From: Spirochaetota bacterium
GTDB lineage: Bacteria > Spirochaetota > UBA4802 > UBA5550
DNA length: 64,000 nt
Direction: 5' to 3'
Assembly (NCBI GenBank): GCA_963663865.1
Contig: OY760686.1
Coordinates: forward strand, 1,408,001-1,472,000
Program-made: the position numbers and the translations under genes
In this document: in pieces, positions 41,207 through 52,000 of the stretch
Layout of the letters: each line of letters starts with the position of its first letter
Position numbering within the stretch: the first letter of the stretch is position 1
Notes under the pieces: model-generated
Databases searched by the model: none
What the model saw: the letters and a program-made list of their open reading frames with translations, nothing else
Told to the model about the DNA's origin: nothing

Positions 41207-41491
41207 TCAGCCGAACTTGTGACTTATGCCGCAGCCGCCCTTCGGAAAACGCCACTTAATGTTCTTATACGGGCAGCCTATTCTGCATGAACCGCACTCA
41301 AGGCAGCCCTCGTAGTTTACCGCAATTCTGCCGTCTTCCGGACGGTAGACAAAGGCCGGGCAGAAGGTGACACAGGGCTGGCCCTTGCACTTTGTGAGAC
41401 ATACAGACTGATCAATTATTTCGAGATGGCTGTCCGTGTCGACTCTGAATCGGTTGTGAAACAGCTTATCATCAATGTTTTCCTTTTTCAT
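41207..41491 (-). CDS. fixX: Ferredoxin-like protein FixX
   Basis: PCVTFCPA, YEGCLECGSCRIGC, WRFPKGG. Confidence 0.92.
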   Translation of the reverse strand: MKKENIDDKLFHNRFRVDTDSHLEIIDQSVCLTKCKGQPCVTFCPAFVYRPEDGRIAVNYEGCLECGSCRIGCPYKNIKWRFPKGGCGISHKFG

Positions 41492-42792
41492 CTTACTGAT
41501 ATGAACCCCCTAATAGCTATGAGCGCCAGTTTGAAAAGGCCCGTCTTTTTGCGGATGTGGCGGAATATGGCCTTCTGCTTTTTCTTCTTGGTGATTCCGT
41601 CAACTGTAAGCATCTCCCTTCCGGCGAACTGGGCAGCGTCAGGCAGTGAGTTGAAGAGGGCCGATGTGTTTTGCAGAAAGCCCGGAAAGCCCCTGTACTT
41701 CTTCATGTCCTTCATCACGAAAGACCTTTTCATTCTAACTGCGTATTCAGAGAGCATGGACTTGCTGAAGTCGTGCTTGCGCGCCGCGTGAATAAGCGTA
41801 AGGGCAGCCATTTTTCCGGAGGCCATTGCCAGATTGCTTCCTTCGCGGTGCAGGGCGTTGAACAGCATGGCTGAGTCGCCCGCTATCAGATATCCGTTTC
41901 CGTAGAGATTGGGAATGGTTCTGTAGCCTCCTTCCGCGAGCCAGTGGGCTGTGTACTCAAGCGTGCGGCCTCCTTCAATCAGCGGGGCTATCATCGGGTG
42001 CTGTTTGAATCTATCCATCAGGTCGTAAGGTCTGGTTCCGGTCTTGACAAAGTGTTTGAGGTTAGCCCCTATTACGAGGGATATGGACCCCCGGTTCGTG
42101 TAGAGCGCGCCGACACCGTTCATGCCGGCCGTAATTGATCCGAGTATTTCGGTTGTAACTCCGTTTTCCCGGCCGACATTGAATCGTGTATCAATGATGT
42201 GCGGATCAAGCTCAATGGTTTCCTTGACAGCGAGCGCGACGTGATCCGGATGCGGGTCTGGCCTGTAGCCAGCTTCAACGGCGAGCGGTGAGTTTATGCC
42301 GTCAGCCAGGATTACAGCGTCGGCGAAGACATCTCCGTCAGGGCGGTTAGTCCTCAGGCCGATAACTTTGCCTTTTTTGTCTCTGATAAGCCCTGTAACG
42401 GTTGTCCCTGACACAACGAGGGCGCCCTTTTGAGAGGCTATGCCGGCGAACCAGCGGTCAAACCTGGCTCTTCCGGCTGTAAAGGCGTTGAGCTTTCTTT
42501 CTTCTGAAAACGCTTTATCGCGGTAACCAATGCTGAAACCGGCCTCGTCTGAGAGATAGAATATTCGCGATTCGACAATATTCCTTTCGACAGGACAATG
42601 CAATTCTTCAAAGCCGGGTACTATTTCAGAAAGGTTATGTCCATATAGAACACCGCCGGACATGTTCTTCGCTCCGGGGTATTCGCCTCTGTCGAGAACG
42701 ATAGTTTTAACGCCGGCATCGGCAAGAACACATGCCGCGGAGAGGCCCGCGGGGCCTGCTCCTACTACCGCTACGGTGAATTTCTCTTCCAT
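41488..42792 (-). CDS. fixC: ETF-quinone oxidoreductase FixC
   Basis: VVGAGPAG, RGEYPGAKNMSGG, ADGINS, AGDSA, EGSNLAMASG. Confidence 0.92.
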   Translation of the reverse strand: MEEKFTVAVVGAGPAGLSAACVLADAGVKTIVLDRGEYPGAKNMSGGVLYGHNLSEIVPGFEELHCPVERNIVESRIFYLSDEAGFSIGYRDKAFSEERKLNAFTAGRARFDRWFAGIASQKGALVVSGTTVTGLIRDKKGKVIGLRTNRPDGDVFADAVILADGINSPLAVEAGYRPDPHPDHVALAVKETIELDPHIIDTRFNVGRENGVTTEILGSITAGMNGVGALYTNRGSISLVIGANLKHFVKTGTRPYDLMDRFKQHPMIAPLIEGGRTLEYTAHWLAEGGYRTIPNLYGNGYLIAGDSAMLFNALHREGSNLAMASGKMAALTLIHAARKHDFSKSMLSEYAVRMKRSFVMKDMKKYRGFPGFLQNTSALFNSLPDAAQFAGREMLTVDGITKKKKQKAIFRHIRKKTGLFKLALIAIRGFISVR

Positions 42793-42799
42793 ATAATGT

Positions 42800-44050
42800 T
42801 TACCTTTCTCCCTTGAGCACAGCTTCAGCGCCGCGGGCCTTTATGCGTTCTATCAGCAAAGGCACTATCTCCGCGTAGTCGCCTATTATGGAGTAGTCTG
42901 CCATCGATACCATGGGCGAGTTCCGGTCTGAGTTGATAGCAATTATTTTTTCTGAGCCCTGAATTCCCGCCATGTGCTGAACAGCTCCCGAAACCCCTAT
43001 GCCCACATATAGTCTGGGCGACACAGTACGGCCGGTCTGCCCGACCTGTCTTTCGTAGGGAAATAGCCCGGCTTCGACAAGGGGCCTGGAACAGGCAAGT
43101 GTGCCTCCGAGCAGATGAGCAAGCTCATCAAGCATACCGTAGTGCAGGCTGCTGTTTACTCCCTTGCCAAGGACTATCAGGGATTTGAAGCTTGAGATGT
43201 TAGCTGCCTCAGAGACAGAAGGGATTGTCTGCACAATGCGCGGATATTCAGGCGGGACAACATTGTAGTCTATTGTTTTTACTGTTCCCTTTCTTGAGCC
43301 GTCACGGTCACGTTTTTTCATGACTCCAGGGCGGACGGTGCTCATTTGCGGTCTCTTTTTGCGGCAGAGAATTGTTGCCATGATGTTCCCTCCGAATGTC
43401 GGCCTTGTCATTACCAGAAGGCGGTCATCCGTTATATCGAGTTCGGTGCAGTCGGCGGTAAGACCTGTTTCAAGCTTTGTTGCACAAAGCCCGGAAATTT
43501 CACTTCCGCGGTGAGTCGTGCCGATGAGCAGTATCTCCGGCTTTATCTGTCTGGTCAGCTCCGCGAGCGCCTCTCCGAAGTATCCGGCGGTGTAGCTTTC
43601 GAAATGAGCGCTCTGCATCCGGTAGACAGAGTCGCAGCCCATGGCGATAGCGTCGCTGCATGCGGCATCATCCCCCCCTAAAATAAAACCGATGACCTCG
43701 GTGCCCATTTTCTCGGCCATTTCGCGCGCCTTTCCCGTCAATTCCCAGGAGACATCGGCGACCTTTCCACTTTTGTATTCAAGAAGAACGGCGATTCCCC
43801 GCCAGGTGCCATTGGCTTCGGCTGAGGCCTGGGAAGAGCGTTTGCGAACCGGCCTGCTGAAGATTATCGCATCGCTGGGGCAGCTGCTGACACAGAGCGT
43901 GCATCCGGTGCACTTTTCGGGATCGATGAGGGCCACCCCGTCCTCCATGACAATGGCGTCAAAGGCGCATTCGGCTATGCATATCTGACAGCCTGAACAC
44001 TTTGAGGATATTACTTCGGCAACATCTTTGCCCTTGCTGTTTTTAGGCAT
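42800..44050 (-). CDS. etfA: Electron transfer flavoprotein alpha subunit with N-terminal 2x[4Fe-4S] ferredoxin domain
   Basis: CSGCQICIAEC and CTGCTLCVSSCP; GLTADCT, RPTFGG, QVGQTG, GVSGAVQH. Confidence 0.93.
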   Translation of the reverse strand: MPKNSKGKDVAEVISSKCSGCQICIAECAFDAIVMEDGVALIDPEKCTGCTLCVSSCPSDAIIFSRPVRKRSSQASAEANGTWRGIAVLLEYKSGKVADVSWELTGKAREMAEKMGTEVIGFILGGDDAACSDAIAMGCDSVYRMQSAHFESYTAGYFGEALAELTRQIKPEILLIGTTHRGSEISGLCATKLETGLTADCTELDITDDRLLVMTRPTFGGNIMATILCRKKRPQMSTVRPGVMKKRDRDGSRKGTVKTIDYNVVPPEYPRIVQTIPSVSEAANISSFKSLIVLGKGVNSSLHYGMLDELAHLLGGTLACSRPLVEAGLFPYERQVGQTGRTVSPRLYVGIGVSGAVQHMAGIQGSEKIIAINSDRNSPMVSMADYSIIGDYAEIVPLLIERIKARGAEAVLKGER

Positions 44051-44891
44051 TACTTTTTCCTCCGTTCGCAGCCAGCTCGACGATGCCGGGTTCATCCTTA
44101 AGGAGTTTTTTCAGAAGCGATCTTACTGATTCGGCAGCTCCGCTTTCCGAGCAGTCGAAGACGGGGCCTCCTTTCCGCTGAGGGGGTGCAAAGATGGTCT
44201 TTACTGAAGTCGGAGAGCCCTTCAGTCCGATTTTGCCGGGGTCAACATTGAGCATCTCTGCGGTCCATACAGGAATTTCCTTTCTCACCGAGGCTACAAG
44301 CTCAGGCAGCGACGGATAATGAGGCTCGACGCAGTTGAGTTCTACTGTAATCAGAGCAGGGAGCTTTGACTCAATTATCTCGCTTCCGGCTCCGGTTTCG
44401 CGCCTTACGGTTATAGTGTTTTTTGAGCTGTCCGTTTTTTCTATGGAGATAACGTTTGTAAGGAGCGTGTATCCAAGCCTTGAAGCGATGCCGGGGCCTG
44501 TCTGGGCTGTATCTCCGTCAACCGCCTGCTTTCCGCAGATCACGAGGCTGACGGGGTCGGATTCAGATATTCTGGATATTGCCGCTGAAAGCGTGGCGCT
44601 TGTCGCGAGGGTGTCAGCCCCGGCAAAGGCCCTGTCAGAGAGCAGTACGGCGTCGTCCGCGCCGAGGGCAAGACATTCCCTGAGAGCGCTTTCTGCCTGC
44701 GGTATTCCCATTGTAATGACTGTTACTCTGGCTTTTGACTCATGTGCGATTTTTACGGCGCATTCCGCGGCAACCAGGTCGTAAGGATTGCATATTGATT
44801 CTACTCCCGCCCTCATCAGTGTGTTTGTTTCGGGATCAATTCTGACCTGCGCGGTGTCGGGAACCTGTTTGATGCAGCATACTATATTCAT
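44043..44891 (-). CDS. etfB: Electron transfer flavoprotein beta subunit
   Basis: CIKQVPD, NPYD, FAGADTLATS, CGKQAVDGDTAQTGP. Confidence 0.95.
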   Translation of the reverse strand: MNIVCCIKQVPDTAQVRIDPETNTLMRAGVESICNPYDLVAAECAVKIAHESKARVTVITMGIPQAESALRECLALGADDAVLLSDRAFAGADTLATSATLSAAISRISESDPVSLVICGKQAVDGDTAQTGPGIASRLGYTLLTNVISIEKTDSSKNTITVRRETGAGSEIIESKLPALITVELNCVEPHYPSLPELVASVRKEIPVWTAEMLNVDPGKIGLKGSPTSVKTIFAPPQRKGGPVFDCSESGAAESVRSLLKKLLKDEPGIVELAANGGKSNA

Positions 44892-45254
44892 GTCGATAAC
44901 ACCGGTTACGCGTATTTTTGAGAATCTGGCGCCTCAGCCGGAGGCGCCGTTTAATAAGGGGAACCATTCTGGTATTTCGGGTTTATAAGTCAACGTTAAA
45001 ACCCGGGATACGGTTGCTGTGCCGCGCTAATTCTCGAATTAAACATCTCAGAAGGCATTGAAATATCAATAAGAATTTACTGCTTTATACAGGCGCTGAA
45101 CGGGATGCTCAATTTCTGCTATTTGGATATGAAATTCAGAAAGCTGTATCTCAGGTGAAAATCTTTATAATCTCACTGTATAATCTTTATAAAAAATTAA
45201 CATGGAATTGCGAATTTAGCCGTGTGGTAAAATTTATGGAGAAAAGATTTTTTA

Positions 45255-46961
45255 ATGCGCTTTATTATGGATTTACTAAGACGTTTCAAGTCGGCTTCAA
45301 TCCTCATATCCCTCGCAACAATTGCTCTTCTGGTTTCCGTACAGAACATAATGATCTTTTACTTTGTATCAAAAAAGGATTCGGCGGTTGCTGAAATGCT
45401 GAAAGTACAGGACTCAAACAGTAAAATACGCGACGGCTGCATAGATTTTCTCGCGTGGAAGAACGAGCTCATCGAATCCATTTCCTCCGGCAGGGAATTT
45501 GCAGGAGAACTGAACCATAATGAAACGGGGCTTGCCAGGTGGTATTATTCTTTTTCGGGTACAGCCGAGTACTGGGAGATGGATGATGAACGGAGAGGGG
45601 TCTTCGACTCCATTGGTCCGGCCAATGTTGACCTTCATAATACCGCCAGGATGATGTTCGGAGCCAGGAACGCCGCGGAGAGAATGGAGATATATAACAG
45701 CAGCACGCGGCATGTTTCCGATCATGTCGGAAGCCTCATGCGGCAGTATATTGAGCTGAACAGAAAGTATCTGCTTTCCATGCGTGAGAAGATTGAGGAA
45801 ATATCATGGGAAACTACGGCATACTCTCTCGCCCTGGGTCTGCTGATAACGGCGTTTACAGTCTTTCTCGGATACAGGATTGCACGGTCTCTAATGAATA
45901 ATATGCGCGGATTTTCTGAAAGCTTCAGTAAAATGGCAAGGGGAGACCTGAAGGCTGATATTGAAAAAATATCAAGGGATGAATATGGTACTCTGGCGGT
46001 GGAGTTTAACAGATTTCTGGCGAGCATGAGGACGATGATTTTCGCGATAAGAGAGAACTGCGGTAACCTGGCTCTTTCGACCGAAGAAATCAGCAGAACA
46101 GTATCGAGTTTTACCGGAAACGCGCAAATGCAGGCCTCTCGCTCAGAGGAGATTGCGGCGCTCATGGATGATTTTGGCGGCGAAATAGACGGTATCGCCG
46201 AGGCCGCCGGGAATCACTCGGCCAGCTTTAACGCGTTGACTCAGATTATTTCAAGCCTATCCGATGTGATAATACTCATGAACGAAAATGTCGCATCGTC
46301 GTCGAAAAAGATTGACCGCATTGTTGACGAGGCCGAAGAGAGCCGAAAGCTATTTGCCAATATGAATTCGCTGATGAACAATCTCTCTGAAAGCTCAGGA
46401 GAAATGCGGGAGGCAGTACAGATGATTCATGACATCTCTGAACAGATTAATCTGCTTTCTCTTAACGCGGCTATCGAGGCGGCGAGGGCCGGCAAAGCCG
46501 GCGGAGGCTTCGCTGTTGTTGCGGGAGAAATATCCAAGCTTGCCGATGCTACTTCAAAGGGAATGTCCGGAATTGATTTGATAATCAATAGGAACTTTGA
46601 GGATACAGAAAGCGGTATCGAAGCCGTCAAAGCGGCGTCAGAGAGATTCATGGGCATAGTCAGGGAGATGAACTCAATACGTACCATGATGGGTTCAATA
46701 ATGGAGCTTACTGAGAGCCAGAACATGATCAATGAGGCGGTAAGCTCGGAAAACGAGAGAGTTCACGAGTACGAAAAAGCCGTCAATCACGCCATATATG
46801 AACAGAGGAAGGCGGTTGATGAGATTGTTGAGGCTGCAAAATCCATCGCGGAACTTAGTACGTTGAACGCTGCATGTATTGAAGAGATGTCGCTTTCCGT
46901 TGATTCAATCAACGAGAAGGCCTCCGAGCTTAATCAGATGGCGGGTCTTTTCAATGTTTAA
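45255..46961 (+). CDS. Methyl-accepting chemotaxis protein
   Basis: Two TM helices, HAMP domain (GDL...RDEYG), signalling hairpin [16 protein letters not shown]. Confidence 0.94.
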   Translation: MRFIMDLLRRFKSASILISLATIALLVSVQNIMIFYFVSKKDSAVAEMLKVQDSNSKIRDGCIDFLAWKNELIESISSGREFAGELNHNETGLARWYYSFSGTAEYWEMDDERRGVFDSIGPANVDLHNTARMMFGARNAAERMEIYNSSTRHVSDHVGSLMRQYIELNRKYLLSMREKIEEISWETTAYSLALGLLITAFTVFLGYRIARSLMNNMRGFSESFSKMARGDLKADIEKISRDEYGTLAVEFNRFLASMRTMIFAIRENCGNLALSTEEISRTVSSFTGNAQMQASRSEEIAALMDDFGGEIDGIAEAAGNHSASFNALTQIISSLSDVIILMNENVASSSKKIDRIVDEAEESRKLFANMNSLMNNLSESSGEMREAVQMIHDISEQINLLSLNAAIEAARAGKAGGGFAVVAGEISKLADATSKGMSGIDLIINRNFEDTESGIEAVKAASERFMGIVREMNSIRTMMGSIMELTESQNMINEAVSSENERVHEYEKAVNHAIYEQRKAVDEIVEAAKSIAELSTLNAACIEEMSLSVDSINEKASELNQMAGLFNV

Positions 46962-48783
46962 TCTTTCAACTGTTAACGGAGTGAATCCAATGGATGTTCC
47001 CGCGTCCGGTCCGGAGGATATTATCCCCCTTGATGAGAAGTGGCGGCAGGTTGTTGCCGTGCTGGACTTCGCATTTCAGCCCATAGTAAACTACTACAGC
47101 GGTTCCATCTACGCGGTCGAAGCCCTTGTGAGAAACAGCGCCGAGGCGGGTTTCAGAGGCATCTTTGATATGTTTGACCAGGCTTACAGGGACGGTGTTC
47201 TCTATTCTTTCGATCTCGCTCTTCGCGACATGGCAGTAGGCAAGTTCAGTGAGCTGCCTTTTCATTCCCGAATTAAGCTTTTTTATAACTACGACCCCCG
47301 TGTTCACGAGATGCCTGATTATTCCTTCGGCCATACTGAAAGAATACTCGACTTTTACCGTGTGTCGTACGATTCTCTCTGTTTTGAGCTTTCAGAGCAG
47401 CACCGGATAAGCTCAGTGGGTGTTTTTGGTGACTTCATCGCGAAGACAAGGGGCAGAGGCTTTAAAATAGCGATGGACGATTTTGGTGCCGGATTCGCGG
47501 GATATGAGCTCTTTTACCACTCCGAGCCGGATTTTCTAAAGGTTGACAGGTTTCTGATCAGCGGGATTGACTCTGATATGAAGAAGAAGACCTTCTGTTC
47601 TTACATAATAGGCCTGGCAAAGTTTCTCGGTGTTGTCGTCATAGCGGAAGGGATAGAAACCGAGAGCGAGTTTCTTGCATGCCGTGACCTCGGATTTGAC
47701 CTCATGCAGGGATACTTTGTGAGCAGGCCGGTTACTGACATGAGCTGTATTCAGGAGGATTATCAATGTGTCAGATCCGCTATCATTATGAAGAGAAGAG
47801 GGCCGGATGCCGGGCGTGACCTGATTGGGCGTGAGATAATGTATCTTGATCCTATCTCGGTGAACGACCCGGTTGAAATACTCTTTAAAAGGTTTAACAG
47901 AAATTCGGAGTTAAACTTTTTTCCCGTCCTCGATACGCATGGAATGCCGCTTGGGATAATCCACGAGCGCAGCATCAAGAAATACATATATTCCCCATTC
48001 GGATACGATCTTCTGCATAACACGTCGGTGACGGAGTCGATATCCACGTTTATCGAAACGTGCCCGGTCGTAGATGAATCAATGAGTCAGGAAAAGATAC
48101 TGGAGATTGTCGCGAACAGCCCTGAACTCGACGGTGTTATTGTGACTTCAGAGCTTAAGTACAGGGGCTTTCTGTCAGCGAGGTCGATTTTAAAGATACT
48201 AAACGAGAGCAATCTGGCCTACGCGAGGGAGGTTAATCCCCTGACCAAGCTTCCCGGCAATATTCTCATCTCCCGTTATATTACAGTTTCAATGCAGACT
48301 GGAGCGAAGTATTCAATTTTCTTTTACTTTGATTTCAACAACTTCAAGCCTTTTAACGACAAATACGGTTTTAGAAAAGGTGACAGGGTAATAATGCTGT
48401 TTGCCGACATCCTCCAGAAGGAGATGGGAAGCTCAGGTTACTTTATCGGGCATGTGGGGGGCGACGACTTCTTTGCGGCCTGCTCATCGTCAGTTGATGA
48501 TGTTGATGTTCATATTCAGAAGGCTGTAAAAATATCAAAGGCATTTTCAGAATCAGTGACAGCCTTTTACGACAGGAAGGATATTGAGTCAGGCTATTAT
48601 CTTTCCGTTAACAGAGGCGGGGTTATGAAACGCTACCCTCTTCTTTCGGTAAGCTCTGCGGTTTTAAGAGTCTCGCCGCGTACTGTAAGTGAAGCGGAGC
48701 TTTCCGACAGGCTTGCCGAAGTTAAGGGGCGAGCGAAGCTGGATCCTGAAAATCTGGCCTATCTTGATCTGGTTTCCAGCTAG
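46879..48783 (+). CDS. EAL-(CBS-like)-GGDEF c-di-GMP turnover protein
   Basis: FQPIV..VEALVR, MDDFGAG, KVDR, AEGIE; NPLTKLPGN, FKPFNDKYG, GHVGGDDF. True start is probably near 46953-46990. Confidence 0.92.
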   Translation: MKRCRFPLIQSTRRPPSLIRWRVFSMFNLSTVNGVNPMDVPASGPEDIIPLDEKWRQVVAVLDFAFQPIVNYYSGSIYAVEALVRNSAEAGFRGIFDMFDQAYRDGVLYSFDLALRDMAVGKFSELPFHSRIKLFYNYDPRVHEMPDYSFGHTERILDFYRVSYDSLCFELSEQHRISSVGVFGDFIAKTRGRGFKIAMDDFGAGFAGYELFYHSEPDFLKVDRFLISGIDSDMKKKTFCSYIIGLAKFLGVVVIAEGIETESEFLACRDLGFDLMQGYFVSRPVTDMSCIQEDYQCVRSAIIMKRRGPDAGRDLIGREIMYLDPISVNDPVEILFKRFNRNSELNFFPVLDTHGMPLGIIHERSIKKYIYSPFGYDLLHNTSVTESISTFIETCPVVDESMSQEKILEIVANSPELDGVIVTSELKYRGFLSARSILKILNESNLAYAREVNPLTKLPGNILISRYITVSMQTGAKYSIFFYFDFNNFKPFNDKYGFRKGDRVIMLFADILQKEMGSSGYFIGHVGGDDFFAACSSSVDDVDVHIQKAVKISKAFSESVTAFYDRKDIESGYYLSVNRGGVMKRYPLLSVSSAVLRVSPRTVSEAELSDRLAEVKGRAKLDPENLAYLDLVSS

Positions 48784-48912
48784 ACTGTCCCTCCGTCAAG
48801 CCGGGGATTGTTCCGGCCGCATCTATCCTTACCTATTGACTTATCTGCCTCCGGGTAATATTATAGCGATATCTTACAGATGAAGCTGTTTCGCTCACTC
48901 CTGAAAGTCCGG

Positions 48913-48941
48913 TTGACAGAAAGATCTGTGAATAATATAAA
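48913..48941 (+). promoter_or_regulatory. Sigma70-type promoter upstream of the megasynthase operon
   Basis: TTGACA (48913-48918), 17 bp spacer, TATAAA (48936-48941). Confidence 0.6.
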
Positions 48942-49064
48942 ATAATATATACAAATAAGATAAATAGGGCTGAACCACGGTTTTTTTTATTGACATCAAC
49001 CTCAAATCCGGGTGTCTGGTAAATCTTGAAAACGGACGGACGAGTCAGTCCGCAGGAGGAAAAA

Positions 49065-52000
49065 ATGATTAAGAGAATTATCAATACACCGCTGCCCTGC
49101 ATGGTTTACAATCCAGTAAAAACCGCAGATGCTTCTTACGCGGTTGCCGCCTATGAAGCCGGAGCTATGCCGGTTATTGATACCGAGTTTATCCAGACCG
49201 GGGATGTGCTGACGCTTGTGGATCAGCTTGCCGCACGGAACATTATATTCGGAGTCAGGCTGTTCGCTTCTGATACAGAGCTCATCGGCTCCCTGAGTGA
49301 AAGAAGGATAGACAACCTGGATCTGGTGGTGTTAGCCTACAGGAGGGCAGATGAGCTGTCAGGATTCGATTCATCTATGCCTTACCGGATATTCATTGAA
49401 ACAACTGATATAAACATTAATGATAAAATAGATTCAATCTCTCCGCAGGCGCTTATTGTCAAAGGCTTTGAAGGGGCAGGAAAGGTCTCGAAGTACACAT
49501 CGTATGTCCTTCTTCAGTGGTATCTTGACAAGACTTCATATCCGGTCGTCGTACACGGAGGAGTCGGGCAGTACACTGCATCGGGAATGTTCGCTGCGGG
49601 TGCGTCAGGCGTAGTACTCGACAGCCAGCTTTATCTTGCTGATGAGTCCCCGCTTTCAGATAATTTCAGAGACCTGCTCAGAAAGGTTGAGGAGAACAGC
49701 TCTTCGGTGATTGGAAAGGCAACGGGAATACCGTACAGGTTCTTTGCAAAGCTGGGCACAAAAATCGTAAAAGAGCTTAAGGAGAAGGAGAGCGTCCTTG
49801 CAGCTGAGGCTGACGGAAGCGCAAAGCTTTACAGGCTCATTGAAGAGCACTTAACTTCCATGAACGACTCATCGGCCAATACTCTTCAGTCGCTGTTCTA
49901 CCTCGGCCAGGACGGCGTCTTCTCAAAAAACTTTGTAAAAAACGGCACAAAGCTTAAAGATATGCTTCACGGCTTCTTCAAAACGGTCGGTGAGAACCTT
50001 GCGGACATCGAAGACTATGACCCGATCAGGGAGAACACAACTCTCGCCAGGGAACATGGAACCAGGTTCCCGATCGTACAGGGCCCTATGGGCAATATCA
50101 GCGACAGCCCTGATTTCGCGAAAAACGTATATGATTCAGGAGCACTCCCTTTCTTCGCTCTCGGAAATCTGCCGGTGAATCTCGCTGAGAATATGGTCAA
50201 AGGCGGAGCGGAAAAGAAGATATCTTTCGGCGCGGGAATGATAGGCATCGGGGCCATGAACAAGAGCTTTCAGGAACACATTGACATGGTGAAGAGGCAT
50301 AAGGCCCCGTTTGCGCTTTTCGCGGCCGGAATACCGGCTCAGGTTCTTGAGCTTGAAGCGGCAGGCACAAAGACCTATCTTCATACCCCTTCAATGCAGA
50401 TGCTTGAGAATGCGATGAAGAGCGGATGCTCCAGATTCATCTTCGAGGGCAATGAGGCTGGCGGCCACGTCGGCGGACAGACCAGCATGGTTCTGTGGGA
50501 GCTTGGAATGAACAGGCTCATGGAACTTGACGCTGAAAAGGTGAAAAACGTCAGAGCCGTATTCGGAGGCGGAATCGGTACCTCAAGAGGATCATGGTTC
50601 GTTTCAGGAATGACATCGTGTCTCGCGAGAAAGGGAGGGATGGTAGGTATACAGGTCGGTACGCTCTACCTGATGACCGAGGAGATCGTAAAGACAGGCG
50701 CCCTGAGCAAGGTGTACCACGAGCTTATACTGAAATCATGCGAGACAATAGTAATGGGAGAGACAGTGGGCCTCATGTCCAGAAGTCTTCCTTCTGTTTT
50801 CTCTCAGAAGATGATTGAGAATGAGCATCAGCGTATCCGCGACGGACTTCCTCTTGGCGACAGAAAGGTTGCCTTTGAGCATGACAATGTGGGAGCGCTT
50901 CTCGTTGGCGCGAAGGGCTACAGGCCAAAGTTCAATCCTGATGGAAAGGTTGAGCTGGTCAAGCATACTGAAAAAGACCAGTTCGATATGGGCAACTTCA
51001 TGGCCGGTGATTCAATCGCTTGCGAGGACAGGCAGATTAACGTTCCAGAGGTCAGCGATATCCTGATAAACAGGAAAAAAGGAATGTTCGCCAACCTTGA
51101 CCGCCTTGAAGTGATGACGAGCCGGGATTCAATTATACACGATGAGATTGCCGTTATCGGAATGGGCTGCGTGCTTCCCGATGCCGGAAGCCCGGAGGAG
51201 CTTTGGAAGAATATTCTCGATAAAAAATACTCTATTACTCGAATTGATGAAAAAAGGCTCTCTTCCGAATACTATTTCAGTGAGGACAGAAAGGCCGAGG
51301 GAAAAGCGTATTCAAGGATAGCCGGGCAGGTAAGCAATTTTAAATTTGATTACAGGAGATTCGGATTTACATCGGAAGAAGCCGGGGGGCTTTCAAGAAG
51401 CCAGCAGATGATCTTGGAATCGGCCGCAAGGGCTGCTGATGATGCTGGACTGTCGAAGGACAGTATTCCCGGTAACAGATCAGCTGTAGTAATAGGAACA
51501 TGCCTGTCAAGCGAGCTGATGAACGACCTGCTTCTCAAGTATAACTATCCCGAAATCAAATACTACATTGAACAGATTGAGGAGTTCAAGAGTCTCGACG
51601 CTAAGACGAAAAAATCCCTTCTGGAGGAATTAAAGAAGGCCGTTTCTCAGGGGCATACAGCTGAGTCTCCTGAAGGAGCCATGAACCACATGGAGGCGTC
51701 CAGAATCGCCGAATACCTGGGCATCAAAGGGCCGAATTACACGGTGGACGCCGCATGCGCGACGTCGCTTGCCGCTATCGACTCGGGAATCAAGGAGCTC
51801 AGGTCCGGGAAAAGCGATCTGGTTCTTGCCGGCGGTATAAACACTAATCTTTCTCCTGAATCCTTCATCGGCTTCTGCAAGATGGGAGCGCTCTCAGGCG
51901 AAGGGTCATATCCGTTCGATGAGAGATCAGGCGGCTTCGTGCTTGGTGAAGGTGCAGGCGTGTTCGTCCTCAAGAGGATGAAGGACGCTCTTAGAGACGG

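Noticed and set aside
44928-44948. Perfect GGCGCCTC-N5-GAGGCGCC palindrome upstream of etfB
   Set aside because: Single copy, unrelated to the array hairpins, and no poly-T in the etf direction, so no function can be supported.
46879-46961. Apparent long overlap between the MCP and EAL-GGDEF genes
   Set aside because: The ORF-track start is probably too early; downstream Met codons near 46953-46990 remove most of the overlap.
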